Numbered from the stretch's first letter, positions 9,778 to 19,515 are shown. The stretch: 64,000 bases of DNA from Thermodesulfobacteriota bacterium (GCA_034189385.1 JAXHVD010000002.1:1-64000); one strand, 5' to 3'. Numbers and translations are program-made. The notes: a model not told the origin generated them from the sequence alone.

Positions 9778-9801
9778 TTCAGAATTGGTGGGTGATTAAG
9801 A

Positions 9802-10056
9802 TCAGTAGTGATAACGTAATTGGGCTATGAGAATGGCGTCGGCCGAGGATTTGTAAACGATTCTGTGTTCGTCGTTTATTCGACGAGACCAGTAACCTGA
9901 AAGGGCATGTTTCAAGGGTTCGGGTTTGCCGATTCCTTCAAAGGGGTTGCGCTTGATCTCGTTGATTAAAATGTTAATTCGTCGGAGGATCTTCTTGTTG
10001 TTTTTTTGCCAGTAAAGATAATCCGCCCATGCATGATCGGAAAAGATCAGCTTCAC
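9802..10056 (-). CDS. yoeB: Txe/YoeB toxin
   Basis: GIGKPEPLKH, WSRRINDEHRIVY and C-terminal RYHY. Confidence 0.95.
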   Translation of the reverse strand: MKLIFSDHAWADYLYWQKNNKKILRRINILINEIKRNPFEGIGKPEPLKHALSGYWSRRINDEHRIVYKSSADAILIAQLRYHY

Positions 10057-10304
10057 TCGGCAAGTTCCCTTTCTGTCCCCTTTCCTTCGGCCAGTTGGAC
10101 GATGGCTTCGATCAAACGTCTGGCGTTTTTGGGGGAGCGCAAGAGAAAGGCTGTTTCCTCAAGTGCTGTGTAGTCTTCAAGGGACATAATGACCACGGAG
10201 TCGTTTTTCTTCCGCGTTATGATGACCGGTGAATGATCTTCGCAGACTTTTTCCATTGTTTTCGCAAGGTTTTGTCGTGCTGTGGTATATGTTATCGCGT
10301 CCAT
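10053..10304 (-). CDS. yefM: YefM/Phd antitoxin
   Basis: YTTARQNLA, PVIITR and EETAFLLRSPKNARRL; overlaps the yoeB start. Confidence 0.95.
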   Translation of the reverse strand: MDAITYTTARQNLAKTMEKVCEDHSPVIITRKKNDSVVIMSLEDYTALEETAFLLRSPKNARRLIEAIVQLAEGKGTERELAE

Positions 10305-10360
10305 TAGGCACCTCCTGTACATGTACAATTAACTGTACGTCAAAATGGGTTGCATGTCAA

Positions 10361-10556
10361 CGGGATGTTGCCCAAACCGCAATCTCTTTGACCGGTTCGT
10401 TGGGGCGTTTTTTGCCGACAAATCTTGGCGATGCGCAAGACAAGCGATTTCAACTGCTTGAGCCCGAAGGGCGAGTTTTGAAAGCGCCTGGAGCAAGCCT
10501 TAGATTTGTCAAAAAACGTTTCAGAACAATGGAAAAGAGATTTGGGCAACAGCCCG
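10361..10556. mobile_element. 196-bp MITE, copy 2
   Basis: Same TIRs as the 6756 copy; 4-bp TSD TCAA. Confidence 0.9.
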
Positions 10557-10573
10557 TCAAGAAATATTTCAAA

Positions 10574-10637
10574 ACCCGACAAGTCGCTGGAAAAGGACGC
10601 GCCGTAACGGGCGCACGTCTCAGCTCCAACGTTAAGG
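10574..10637 (+). repeat. Degenerate attC site
   Basis: ACCCGAC aagtcGCTG...CAGCtccaac GTTAAGG; AAC changed to GAC. Confidence 0.7.
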
Positions 10638-10685
10638 ATCTCAATAGATGATTTTTCACTGACTCAAAACGAGGTTTCCAGCCGA

Positions 10686-11231
10686 ATGAATTCAGAGATG
10701 TTGCAGTATACGCAACCAACGCGAACTATCGACTCCGATAATCGTATGGTTGGAGAATTTGCTAAAGAAACGGCGGGTGGTGGGTTCAGCTTGGCATTGA
10801 CCACCGATATCGCAATAGCCGTCGAGTCAGCGAAATTTACCATGGCCTATACCAAGGCCGGCCTCACTGCCGACGGTAGCTCCAGTTACTTCTTGGGGCG
10901 CATAGTGGGGCTGCGCCGCACCAAGGAGATGGCATTGTTGAATCCCATATTGTCTACCAGGCAAGCCATGGAGTGGGGGCTTGTCAATCAGGAAGTGGCT
11001 GATGATCAAGTGCTGACCATTGCTCTTGAAATGGCACATCAGTTGGCAAAAGGACCAACCCGGTCCTTCGGTGAGACCAAGCGTTTGATTTTTTCCAGTG
11101 CTACGGAGAGCCTGGAATCCCAGATGGAAAAGGAATCCCGCGCGATTGCGTCCATGGCAGGCAGTGCCCACGCCCGCGAAGGAATTGCCGCTTTTATCGC
11201 CAAACGCGCCCCCGAGTTTCATGGAGAGTAA
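10686..11231 (+). pseudogene. Chimeric ORF: transglutaminase-family-like N-terminus fused to the C-terminal two-thirds of an enoyl-CoA hydratase/isomerase
   Basis: QYTQPTRTIDSDNRMVGEFAKE, then AGGGFSLALTTD...EGIAAFIAKRAPEFHG; the crotonase N-terminus is absent. Confidence 0.7.
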
Positions 11232-11233
11232 CG

Positions 11234-11290
11234 GCCCAACAAGGGGATAGGTCAGGCGCCAGGCGGCGCCGGTGATCCTTACCATTCGCG
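11234..11290 (+). repeat. Degenerate attC site
   Basis: GCCCAAC aagGGGAT..GGCGCCaggcGGCGCC..ATCCTTacc ATTCGCG. Confidence 0.6.
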
Positions 11291-11322
11291 AGCAGTGAAC
11301 GATTTGATATCAAGGAGATTCC

Positions 11323-12075
11323 GTGGAAGAGCAAGAGAAATATATTAGGGCGCTTATCGAATTACATCAAGGCCTTGAGAGGAAAGGCCCCGGCGATAGA
11401 GATTATTCAGACTATATTATTTCACAGATTCCAGCGCTGCCAACACATCCCCGTATTGCCGACATCGGTTGCGGGGCTGGGGTAGGGGCCCTCTTTCTGG
11501 CAGAGAGGTTTCAATCAAAGGTCCGGGCTGTAGACTTCTCGCGAGAATTCTTAGATGAACTGGAAGATCGGGCAAAACAGCGAGGGCTAGAACATTTGGT
11601 AGAAACCATCGAATGTGACATGGGAAATCTTGATTGGGAGCCAGGTAGTATTGAGCTCCTGTGGTCTGAGGGAGCGGCTTATAACATCACCTTTGAAGGG
11701 GCGTTGAAGGCTTGGAGGCCACTCATGGCATCTCATGGCATCGCTGTCATTTCAGAAATGAACTATTTTACAAGGGACGTGCCGGAGGCCTTAAAGGCAT
11801 TTATGCAAAAGGCTTACCCTGCTATCAAAACGGAAGGAGAAAACGCCGATATTGTAAACTCATCATGTTTTGAGGTCCTAGGAATACACCGTTTACCATC
11901 AAAAGCTTGGTGGGATAATTACTATGAGCCCCTTCGAAAAAGAATGACATCTTTCAAGACTTCAAAGGACAGCATCATGCAATCCGTTATTAGTGAAACT
12001 GAAGAGGAGATGAACTTTTTCGAAGAATATGACGAATTTTACGGTTACTCATTTTATATCATGAAAGCCGTATAA
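11323..12075 (+). CDS. Class I SAM-dependent methyltransferase
   Basis: ADIGCGAG and LWSEGA motifs. Confidence 0.92.
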   Translation: MEEQEKYIRALIELHQGLERKGPGDRDYSDYIISQIPALPTHPRIADIGCGAGVGALFLAERFQSKVRAVDFSREFLDELEDRAKQRGLEHLVETIECDMGNLDWEPGSIELLWSEGAAYNITFEGALKAWRPLMASHGIAVISEMNYFTRDVPEALKAFMQKAYPAIKTEGENADIVNSSCFEVLGIHRLPSKAWWDNYYEPLRKRMTSFKTSKDSIMQSVISETEEEMNFFEEYDEFYGYSFYIMKAV

Positions 12076-12083
12076 TGGGTTTT

Positions 12084-12154
12084 CGCTAACAATCCCTTGC
12101 ACCGGACATTTACTCTGCTTCTCTTCGTTCTCGCCGGTGAAGGGCACGTTGATC
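12084..12154 (+). repeat. attC site with intact AAC/GTT cores
   Basis: CGCTAAC aatCCCTTgCACCGGaC...GCCGGTGAAGGGcac GTTGATC, with extrahelical G. Confidence 0.85.
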
Positions 12155-12379
12155 CGTGCTTTCAATATATACTTTTAAAAGCTTTATTTGGGCCAGTTTA
12201 CAGATTTTGCCCGATTATACGTGCCTCTTAAGACCAGCCAAAATGCGAGATAACCCGGTGAACAGGCAACTATTTGAAGGGCTAAACGTTGGCGGTATTC
12301 TTGACAAATCTATGCGGTTTTCATGGCGAAAAGATTGCAGGGTGAGGTGTCCTATGCCCCACCCTGTTTTTGAATCTGT

Positions 12380-12650
12380 CTAGCCGTACAGATTCTCAAT
12401 CCACTTCATGGCCACAGTATCACTCACCTTCCCCAAATACCGCTGAGTCGTTGAAAGATTGGCATGTCTCAGGATCACCTTGCTGACGATCTCAATCGGC
12501 GTGCCGGAGCGTGACGCATGGGTTGCTGCGTGCCTTCTGAGATCATGGGAGCTGAGCTTGATGCCGACCAAGGCACTGCCCTTTTCACAATCATCCTGGC
12601 TCCCTGGTAGGTGAGGGGGAAGATTCGCTGCTGGCCAATAATTCTTGGGT
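12380..12650 (-). pseudogene. Tyrosine recombinase C-terminal remnant, frameshifted
   Basis: RIFPLTYQGARMIVKRA shifts frame to HDLRRHAATH...LRHANLSTTQRY; the N-terminus is missing. Confidence 0.85.
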
Positions 12651-12830
12651 TGATAAGATTTGGGCCAATGCCTTGACAAAGCTTACAGTATTGTGTATAG
12701 ATCTTCAATAAAATCATTTGTTTGATCGCCTTGCGGACAGATAGACTATCCAATGTGGAATGTGAAGCGCTCAACAGCTAAATCTGGCAAGGAACTACTT
12801 TCACATTGATGACTTGACATACTGAATATT

Positions 12831-13413
12831 GTGACCATGCTTTCATATTCAAATGCACTAGGAATACTTCATAAGTATAGTATGGGCGAAGCGTGGGAAA
12901 ATCACTGCATGGCTGTGGGAAAGGTAGCAGCCGCCTTTGAAGAGATTTTTTCCGCTAAATGTAATCACGATCCTGGGTTTTTTCAGACAGCAGCACTTCT
13001 GCATGATATTGGTAGGTACAAAACCCATGATCCAATTCTGCACGGTGTAGTATTGGTTATTGAAAAATCTCGGCTACCCAAGTGAAGCATTTGTTTGTGC
13101 CTCTCACATTTTCTGTGGCTTGAACAAGATGGAGGCAGCTCAATATGGGCTACCAGAGGAGGACTTTTTCCCTCGATCTTTTGAAGAGAGGGTAATACCG
13201 TTGATCGATTTTCTGGTGGAGTTCGACAGAGCAACAACCTTGTATGATCGATTTACTTCTTTACGCACTCGGAATAAAGGCAATGATTTCTTTTTAGCAA
13301 AACTCGATCATACTCAACACAAGGCCAGTTTCTTGATGTGGGAGTTAAACCGGGAATTTGGCATCTCAATGGAGGAAGTAACGTTTCAAACGTTGGAGCG
13401 ATCTTTCAAATAA
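12831..13413 (+). pseudogene. HD-domain phosphohydrolase split by a frameshift near 13050
   Basis: HCMAV..ALLHDIGR..HG in one frame continues as LKNLGYP..ASHI..LID in another. Confidence 0.8.
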
Positions 13414-13632
13414 TCGGGCTACAACATTTGTTTTTTGCCGCCAGATTTTGTATATGGCCTGCCTGGGCCGAAAGCAAAAGCTATTCATCCAACCTCTTGA
13501 AACTACGCTATTTTTTGTGGTAGCCTAAACCAATCCAAAAGTCAAAGAATAAGTCTGCTTAAGCGGTTGAATGCATAAAAGAACCAAGATATTACAGCCA
13601 ACAATTTTGGGGAAGCATAAGAGGAGAATAGA

Positions 13633-14529
13633 GTGTGGGGGTGTGGTAAGGTGTATCGTATCCATAGCGAACAACTGCCAAGCGATGAAATTCTGAAAAA
13701 GGAAATCCTGGACAGCGTAGGCGACTTGCCTCCGATGCCTCAGGCTATGCAAAAAGCTCGCGAGATTTTGGCAGACCCGAATTCGAGCTTCAAAGACCTT
13801 GCGATTGTGCTTGTGAGTGATCAAGCAATCGCCGCGAAGGTCTTGAAGTTGGCCAACTCAGCATATTACGGCCTCAGTAAGAGGGTTTCATCTATTAAAC
13901 ACGCCGCCGTTGTTCTTGGGTATCGCACCATTGCTGAACTTGTCAGCTTGGCAGCTACCTCCAAGCTTATGGGCAATGCCCTGAATGGCTATGGGTTGAA
14001 GGCAGGAGAACTGTGGCACCATTCGCTTGCGGTGGCCTTTGGTGCAAGGTTCATAGCGAACAAGAAACATACCGAGTTGTTGGATGATGCCTTTACGGCA
14101 GGGCTCATCCATGATGTTGGCAAACTGGTCCTGGACGCCCACATCTTGAAAAGGAGGCAGGCATTTGAAGATCTTATGGCAGGTAGTCGAGGAGGGTTTC
14201 TGATTGCCGAAAGGCATATCCTGGGCCTTGATCATGCAGAAACGGCCTTTGAGGTGTGCAAGAGGTGGAATCTTCCGGCAGATATGAGTACTGGTATAAG
14301 ATATCACCATGACCCGGCGGGGTCGCAGGGGAGTGAATTGGCCAATATTCTTCATGTGGCCGATGGCTTAGCTATCATGAGCGGTCTGGGGGCAGGCATT
14401 GATGCCCTGTCCTACAAAATGGACGACAGCGCCGTAAGATTTCTGAGCCTTAGAAGACCGGAGCTGGAGAAGATAATGAAGCAAGTTGTAGCTTCAGTTC
14501 ACAGAACAACGGAAGAATTCAGGGAGTAG
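13633..14529 (+). CDS. HDOD domain signal-transduction protein
   Basis: LPPMP, LKLANSAYYG, LWHHSL, AGLIHDVGKL, DHAE and IRYHH motifs. Confidence 0.93.
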   Translation: MWGCGKVYRIHSEQLPSDEILKKEILDSVGDLPPMPQAMQKAREILADPNSSFKDLAIVLVSDQAIAAKVLKLANSAYYGLSKRVSSIKHAAVVLGYRTIAELVSLAATSKLMGNALNGYGLKAGELWHHSLAVAFGARFIANKKHTELLDDAFTAGLIHDVGKLVLDAHILKRRQAFEDLMAGSRGGFLIAERHILGLDHAETAFEVCKRWNLPADMSTGIRYHHDPAGSQGSELANILHVADGLAIMSGLGAGIDALSYKMDDSAVRFLSLRRPELEKIMKQVVASVHRTTEEFRE

Positions 14530-14957
14530 AATCAGCTCTGCAGGGCGGAGTTGCTGCGATTTAGCCGGGCGAATCATAAGTTTGAAAATTTGGCAAAGCG
14601 GTGAGCAAAAGGACCCTTTTCAAAGAGGTAGACTGTTACTTTTTTTTCAAGGAACTGTGGTCTAGGTTCAGATTTGTTATCTACTATCGCCCCTCCTTGT
14701 GTCCCCTTTGTAGATTTTGCCCGACTTATCGATGATTTTTGACGGACCTTTTTCGGTGTCCTCTGGCAACAATAGTTGAACGTCAAGCCTCGTTAGCCAA
14801 CCCTACAGCATATTGAACGACATTCATCCGATACCTGGTAATGCCCTAACCCCCTCCTATCCATCAGTGCCTGTCCTGGACTAGGTAGTTTTTGCGTTAG
14901 AAGGTACGTAGTTTTTCACCACGAGGTAACGACATTTTATGCCTACGAGCCGTAATG

Positions 14958-15130
14958 CTCGGTATTGTGTCCTGGCGTAGTATGGGCTAAAAGGTTAAAA
15001 AGGAGGAATGTATGAAACGTATAACCTCCAATCATGATGCCAACCTAAATGGTCCGAATGGCACGTCGCATCCGCTCATCTTCTCAGCCTATCCCCAGCG
15101 AGTTTACATGGAGAAACGCCTCAAATTCTG
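14958..15130 (+). promoter_or_regulatory. Duplicated leader, copy 1, with a GG-N10-GC sigma54-like motif at 14973-14988
   Basis: Two blocks are homologous to 17268-17448; TGGCGTAGTATGGGCT. Confidence 0.5.
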
Positions 15131-15224
15131 CCTGCCTGGCTCCTGACAGGTCTTTTTTGTCTACTTGTCGGGATTCCATCTGATTTCGACAACTCCGGCG
15201 CATACAACAACCAAGGGGGACGGT

Positions 15225-17249
15225 ATGAAACAGATAAAGTCCATTCTTGTTCTGGTTTCCATTGCGCTAGTCGTGTGTTCACCTTCCTATGCCCTTGAGT
15301 GGGGTAAGACCTATGGGAACGTAGCTGGCCGTGATACAGTTTTCGCAATCCAACAGACATCGGGCGGTGGCTACGTCTTGGCAGGCTCAACCTACACCTC
15401 TGCTCCAAATGGTGAAGATGCTTGGATCCTGATGCTCAACGCTGATGGTACAGTAGCCTGGCAGAAGAGTTATGGTGGAGAAGGAACTCAATGGGCCCAG
15501 TCCATCCAGGAGACAACGCTTGGGGGCTATATTGTCGGGTGCACAAAAAGAGCAGTCTCCTCAAACGAAGGCTATGATCCATGGGCATTGAAGCTGGACA
15601 GTCAGGGAACGATTGAATGGAAGAAGAAGTATTTCGGAGGTGGTGACGATGACTACCTGAAGTCCATTCGCCAAACCCCAGATGGCGGATTCATTGCCGC
15701 AGCAGAGACCGAGTCTTTTGGTAATGGCGAAACCGATGTCTGGGTTTTGAAACTCAACCCTGACGGCAGCGTTGACTGGCAGAACACCTACGGGGGCATT
15801 TACAGAAACCCTGTTTACTCCATGGAGGTCACTGCGGACGGTGGCTATGTCATAGCGAGCGGCGCTAGCCAGTCGGGCGAACTCTGTTGGATCCTTAAGC
15901 TTCAAGCAGACGGGACGATCGAATGGCAGAAGCAATGCGAGGATGATGGATCCCAGGCTTTGATACGAGATATACGACAGACCCAAGACGGCGGTTACAT
16001 TGGCGCTGGCCAAATCCAGCACGTTGATGCTGTTACGTGGCAAGAAGCCTAAGTCGTCAAGTTCAGTCCATCTGGGACGGTTGAGTGGCAAAAGACATAT
16101 GGGGAGAGCACTACCACGGCGCGGTCTGTTGAGCAAATGCCAGACGGTGGCTTTTTTTTGTCAGGTTATAATGGCGATGTGTGGATATTGAGACTTGACT
16201 CTGCCGGAAATGTCGTCTGGTTTAAAAGCTATGGCGGGATTTACTCCGTTGGAGCGGTGGGCTCCGACGGCCTAGCAACAGACGATGGGTATATTGTGGC
16301 AGGTGAAACCGAGTGCTTTACGGCCAGTGCCTGTGAAGATATCTTGGTTCTTAAGGTCGATACAGACGGCGAGATCCCTTATTGCGTTGCGGCCAACACT
16401 GGCAATCCTGTTGGTATTGTCTCTTCAGTAGTGCTTAACGACACCCAAAAGAGCCCTGTGCCTTGCCCTGGGGTATCTGCTGACACGCCGCTAATGGCTT
16501 CCTACGACCCTACAACGCAATCGGCACAAATATGCCCCACGCAGCCGAATATCGTGCAGCTTGATCCGAATCATGGGGGCTACGGAACCAAAATAAAAGT
16601 CGAGGGTTCAGGATTTGCCGATCCTTGGTCGAAGATGGTCAACGCCACTGATGGCTACTACAGCGTTGTTTCCTTTTCAGGTCTCCCGGACACGCTAATC
16701 GCCACCCGTTACCCGAACTGGTCCTATACGCTGACAAAGACGAAATTCAAGTTTCTGTTTGTTGATTTGGACAACGACTATCTGCACGATGGAAACGAAC
16801 CTCTTGTGACGGTGGGCCAGCTCGACCTTGATTACTACGATATGCAGGTACATACAATCTGGTTCCATGACCTGGTAAGCGACGGGCTCTATGGAGAGGG
16901 AGACGAGATCTATCACGTAGAATCCAGTAATTCCGAAATCTTTAATCTAACTGACGAACCAGTGATATACACTTTAATCCCGGAATCCATTCCCGCCTCT
17001 CAACCCGGAAGTCCACAAAAAGTGAAGATTAAGGGGCTGAACTTCGGAGCCACCCAGGGCAGTAGCACAGTGCATATCGGCGGCAAGACCTGGTCTGCGG
17101 GACATCCTAAGATAAAGACTTGGGAGGACTACAAGATTAAGTTCAAGGTCCCTGTATACGAATCCCCCTTTCCAAAGTGGAAACAAATATGGGTAACTGT
17201 TAACGGCAAGCCCAGCAACGTGGTGTGGCTCAAGATAACAGCGCCTTGA
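15225..17249 (+). CDS. Secreted beta-propeller repeat protein with C-terminal IPT/TIG-like domains; interrupted by an in-frame TAA at 16050-16052
   Basis: Signal peptide; WxLKLxxxGxxxWQKxYGG repeats continue in frame across the stop. Confidence 0.8.
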
Positions 17250-17267
17250 TTAAGCAGGGACATCATC

Positions 17268-17448
17268 CTCGGTATTGGGTCTTGGCGTAGTATGAGCTAA
17301 CAGTTTGAAATGTATAAATATATAGAGTGACTGGGGCGGCATCATATTTCCAGGGTGAGCGGTCCGAAGGGCAGACCGTATGCGCTCATCGTCTCAACCT
17401 ATCCCCAGCGAGTTCACGGTGCACATGCAGAAACATCTCAAAATGTGT
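17268..17448 (+). promoter_or_regulatory. Duplicated leader, copy 2, with a sigma54-like motif at 17283-17298
   Basis: TGGCGTAGTATGAGCT and CCTATCCCCAGCGAGTT are shared with copy 1. Confidence 0.5.
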
Positions 17449-17478
17449 CCACCACAGAAAAGGAGGTTTAAACTTACA

Positions 17479-19515
17479 ATGGGGATGTTGAACAGAAAAG
17501 CGTGCTTGGTTTTGATGGCACTGGGGTTTTTGATCATTGCATCAGCGGGCCTTCTGCTGGCGCTAAATGACGATTATAATCGGCCGGCCCCGCTCATGGA
17601 TTATGTTCCTCAGGAAATGGGGATGTACGATGGCAGGTACGATCAACTGGGCGAAATGGACTGCCGGGCATGTCACGGAGACAGTCTTGCAGATAGACAT
17701 CACCACACTCCAAGGGTATTGGAGCAACAGACTTGCGGGACAGAGTATGGGGGCTGCCATGAAGCGGTGCCTGAACCGCCAGGCTTCCTCATGATTCGAG
17801 ACTGCACGACCAGTGGGTGCCATAGTTGGAATGATGTGCTGCTGGGCGACAACGGCTGGCACCATGCGACAGATCTATCAGAGCCTGAAAACTGCGTGAT
17901 ATGCCATGATCCCAATCTGGTCGGCCCGATTGGCCCCTTTATACCTTTTGCAGAATATCCACCTGTGGTGGTTACACCTACCCCCTTTAGTTGCGAGAAC
18001 TGCCACTGGGAACAAGAGGTGGTTCATAGCGGCTGGACCGAAGGTGATCCAGCCCCGCTAGAACCTGATGCAGGGCATCCCTCAACGTATGACCATGATG
18101 ATCCATGGGGTCATTTCTTAGGGTATTACGAATACGGCTTGGCGATACTTGGGAACTTTGACACGCATCACATGGATTTCATCCAGGGGAGTATGGCTTC
18201 AGACTGCTTAAAGTGCCACCCTCCTGATGGCCCCCCACCTTGGGACATGGACGACCCAGAATCGATCCGCCGTTGTGAGATTTGCCATAATGTGGCAAGC
18301 CTCCACACCATCTTTCCGCATGTGGGCGGCGATCCTTGTGGCCAGGACGATCATGCAGCCTTCGGCTGGGAGGCGACGGGTTTTCACACAGAAGAGAGTG
18401 GAGACATTCCCGTAAGCTATAGATCATTTGTTACGGGCGAGCATTGCTTTGGCTGTCATGGGGATAATGTTCCCTGCTATCCTGGTGAGCCTCCTCATTA
18501 CAAACCGGCCATTAGAATCAAACCACGGGGAATACATCCGGCAGTTGGCCAGCCCGGCCTTGTGGTAGAGCTAAGGGGCGAGTATTTTGGAGACGCCTAC
18601 GGAGAATACACCAGTGTTGAGGTCCAGAGGCGAACTGGCAGCACCCCGTGGATCGATATGCCCGTTTCCTCATGGTCTGATGACAGGGTATTGTTTAACG
18701 TCCCGGTGAATCCTTGGACTCTGGGCAATTACTGGGTGAGGATCCGCAACGAATACGGCGTGAGTAATCAGGTCGTATTCACGTTTACACGTGGATGAAT
18801 CCAACAAGATTCGGCCCCGAGTTCGGGGCCATGCCGGACCGTGATCTCCCTGATGTACACAGGGGCTTTCGGAGCAGCTCAGGACACCATTTCTGTCCCT
18901 GGCGCTGACGACGGCGTTTACATGGTCATAGATCTGGTTTCTGAAGAGGAAACTTTAACGGCCCTGAAGATCAAAAAGTGGGGAAGTTCCTTGGTGAAGT
19001 TTAAGGTCACCGACTTCTTCGTGGACTCCGGCTCCCGAAACTTCATCCAAGATGTAACGGAACCCACCGTTGATGCTTGCACTGAGATGGACCAGGGCCC
19101 CTATTCCATATACGTGACACGTGTATCTTACAGGGATGACGACAGCACTGGCAGCTTTACTGCAGCAGATACTATCCTTGAAGTCGAAAGGAGTATGCCT
19201 TGTTTCTTTGAACTAACGGACGAACCGGTGATTTACGCTGTAATCCCGGATTCCATTCCCGCCTCTCAACCCGGAAGTCCACAAAAAGTGAAGATTAAGG
19301 GGCTGAACCTCGGAACCACCCAGGGCAGTAGCTTGTTGCATATCGGCGGCAAGACCTGGTCTGTGGATCATCGGAAGATAAAGGTGTGGCAGGACGACAA
19401 GATCAAATTAAAGGTGACAAACTATAATCCTCCATTCCCCAAGTACAAGGACATATGGGTGACTGTGAACGGTCAAGAAAGCAATAAGATGGTACTTGAG
19501 ATAACGGCACCCTGA
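17479..19515 (+). CDS. Secreted multihaem cytochrome c with IPT/TIG-like domains; in-frame TGA at 18796-18798
   Basis: AGGAGG RBS, signal/TM segment, six CxxCH plus CX6CH and CX4CH; ORF 18841-19515 is in the same frame. Confidence 0.85.

Noticed and set aside
2633..12154. CRISPR array
   Set aside because: The palindromes are non-identical and separated by whole genes; no cas genes are present.
12248..12294. Additional attC (AGATAAC...GTTGGCG)
   Set aside because: It is too short and the internal pairing is poor; at most a deleted remnant.
12380..12780. Tyrosine recombinase as the array's integron integrase
   Set aside because: It lies downstream of and convergent to the cassettes, is truncated and frameshifted, and shows no IntI-like motifs (LRHAN rather than LLGH). 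It is more likely an unrelated island-boundary remnant.
16947..19515. Diversity-generating retroelement TR/VR pair
   Set aside because: Both repeats are coding, the differences are not confined to adenines, and no reverse transcriptase is present in the window.
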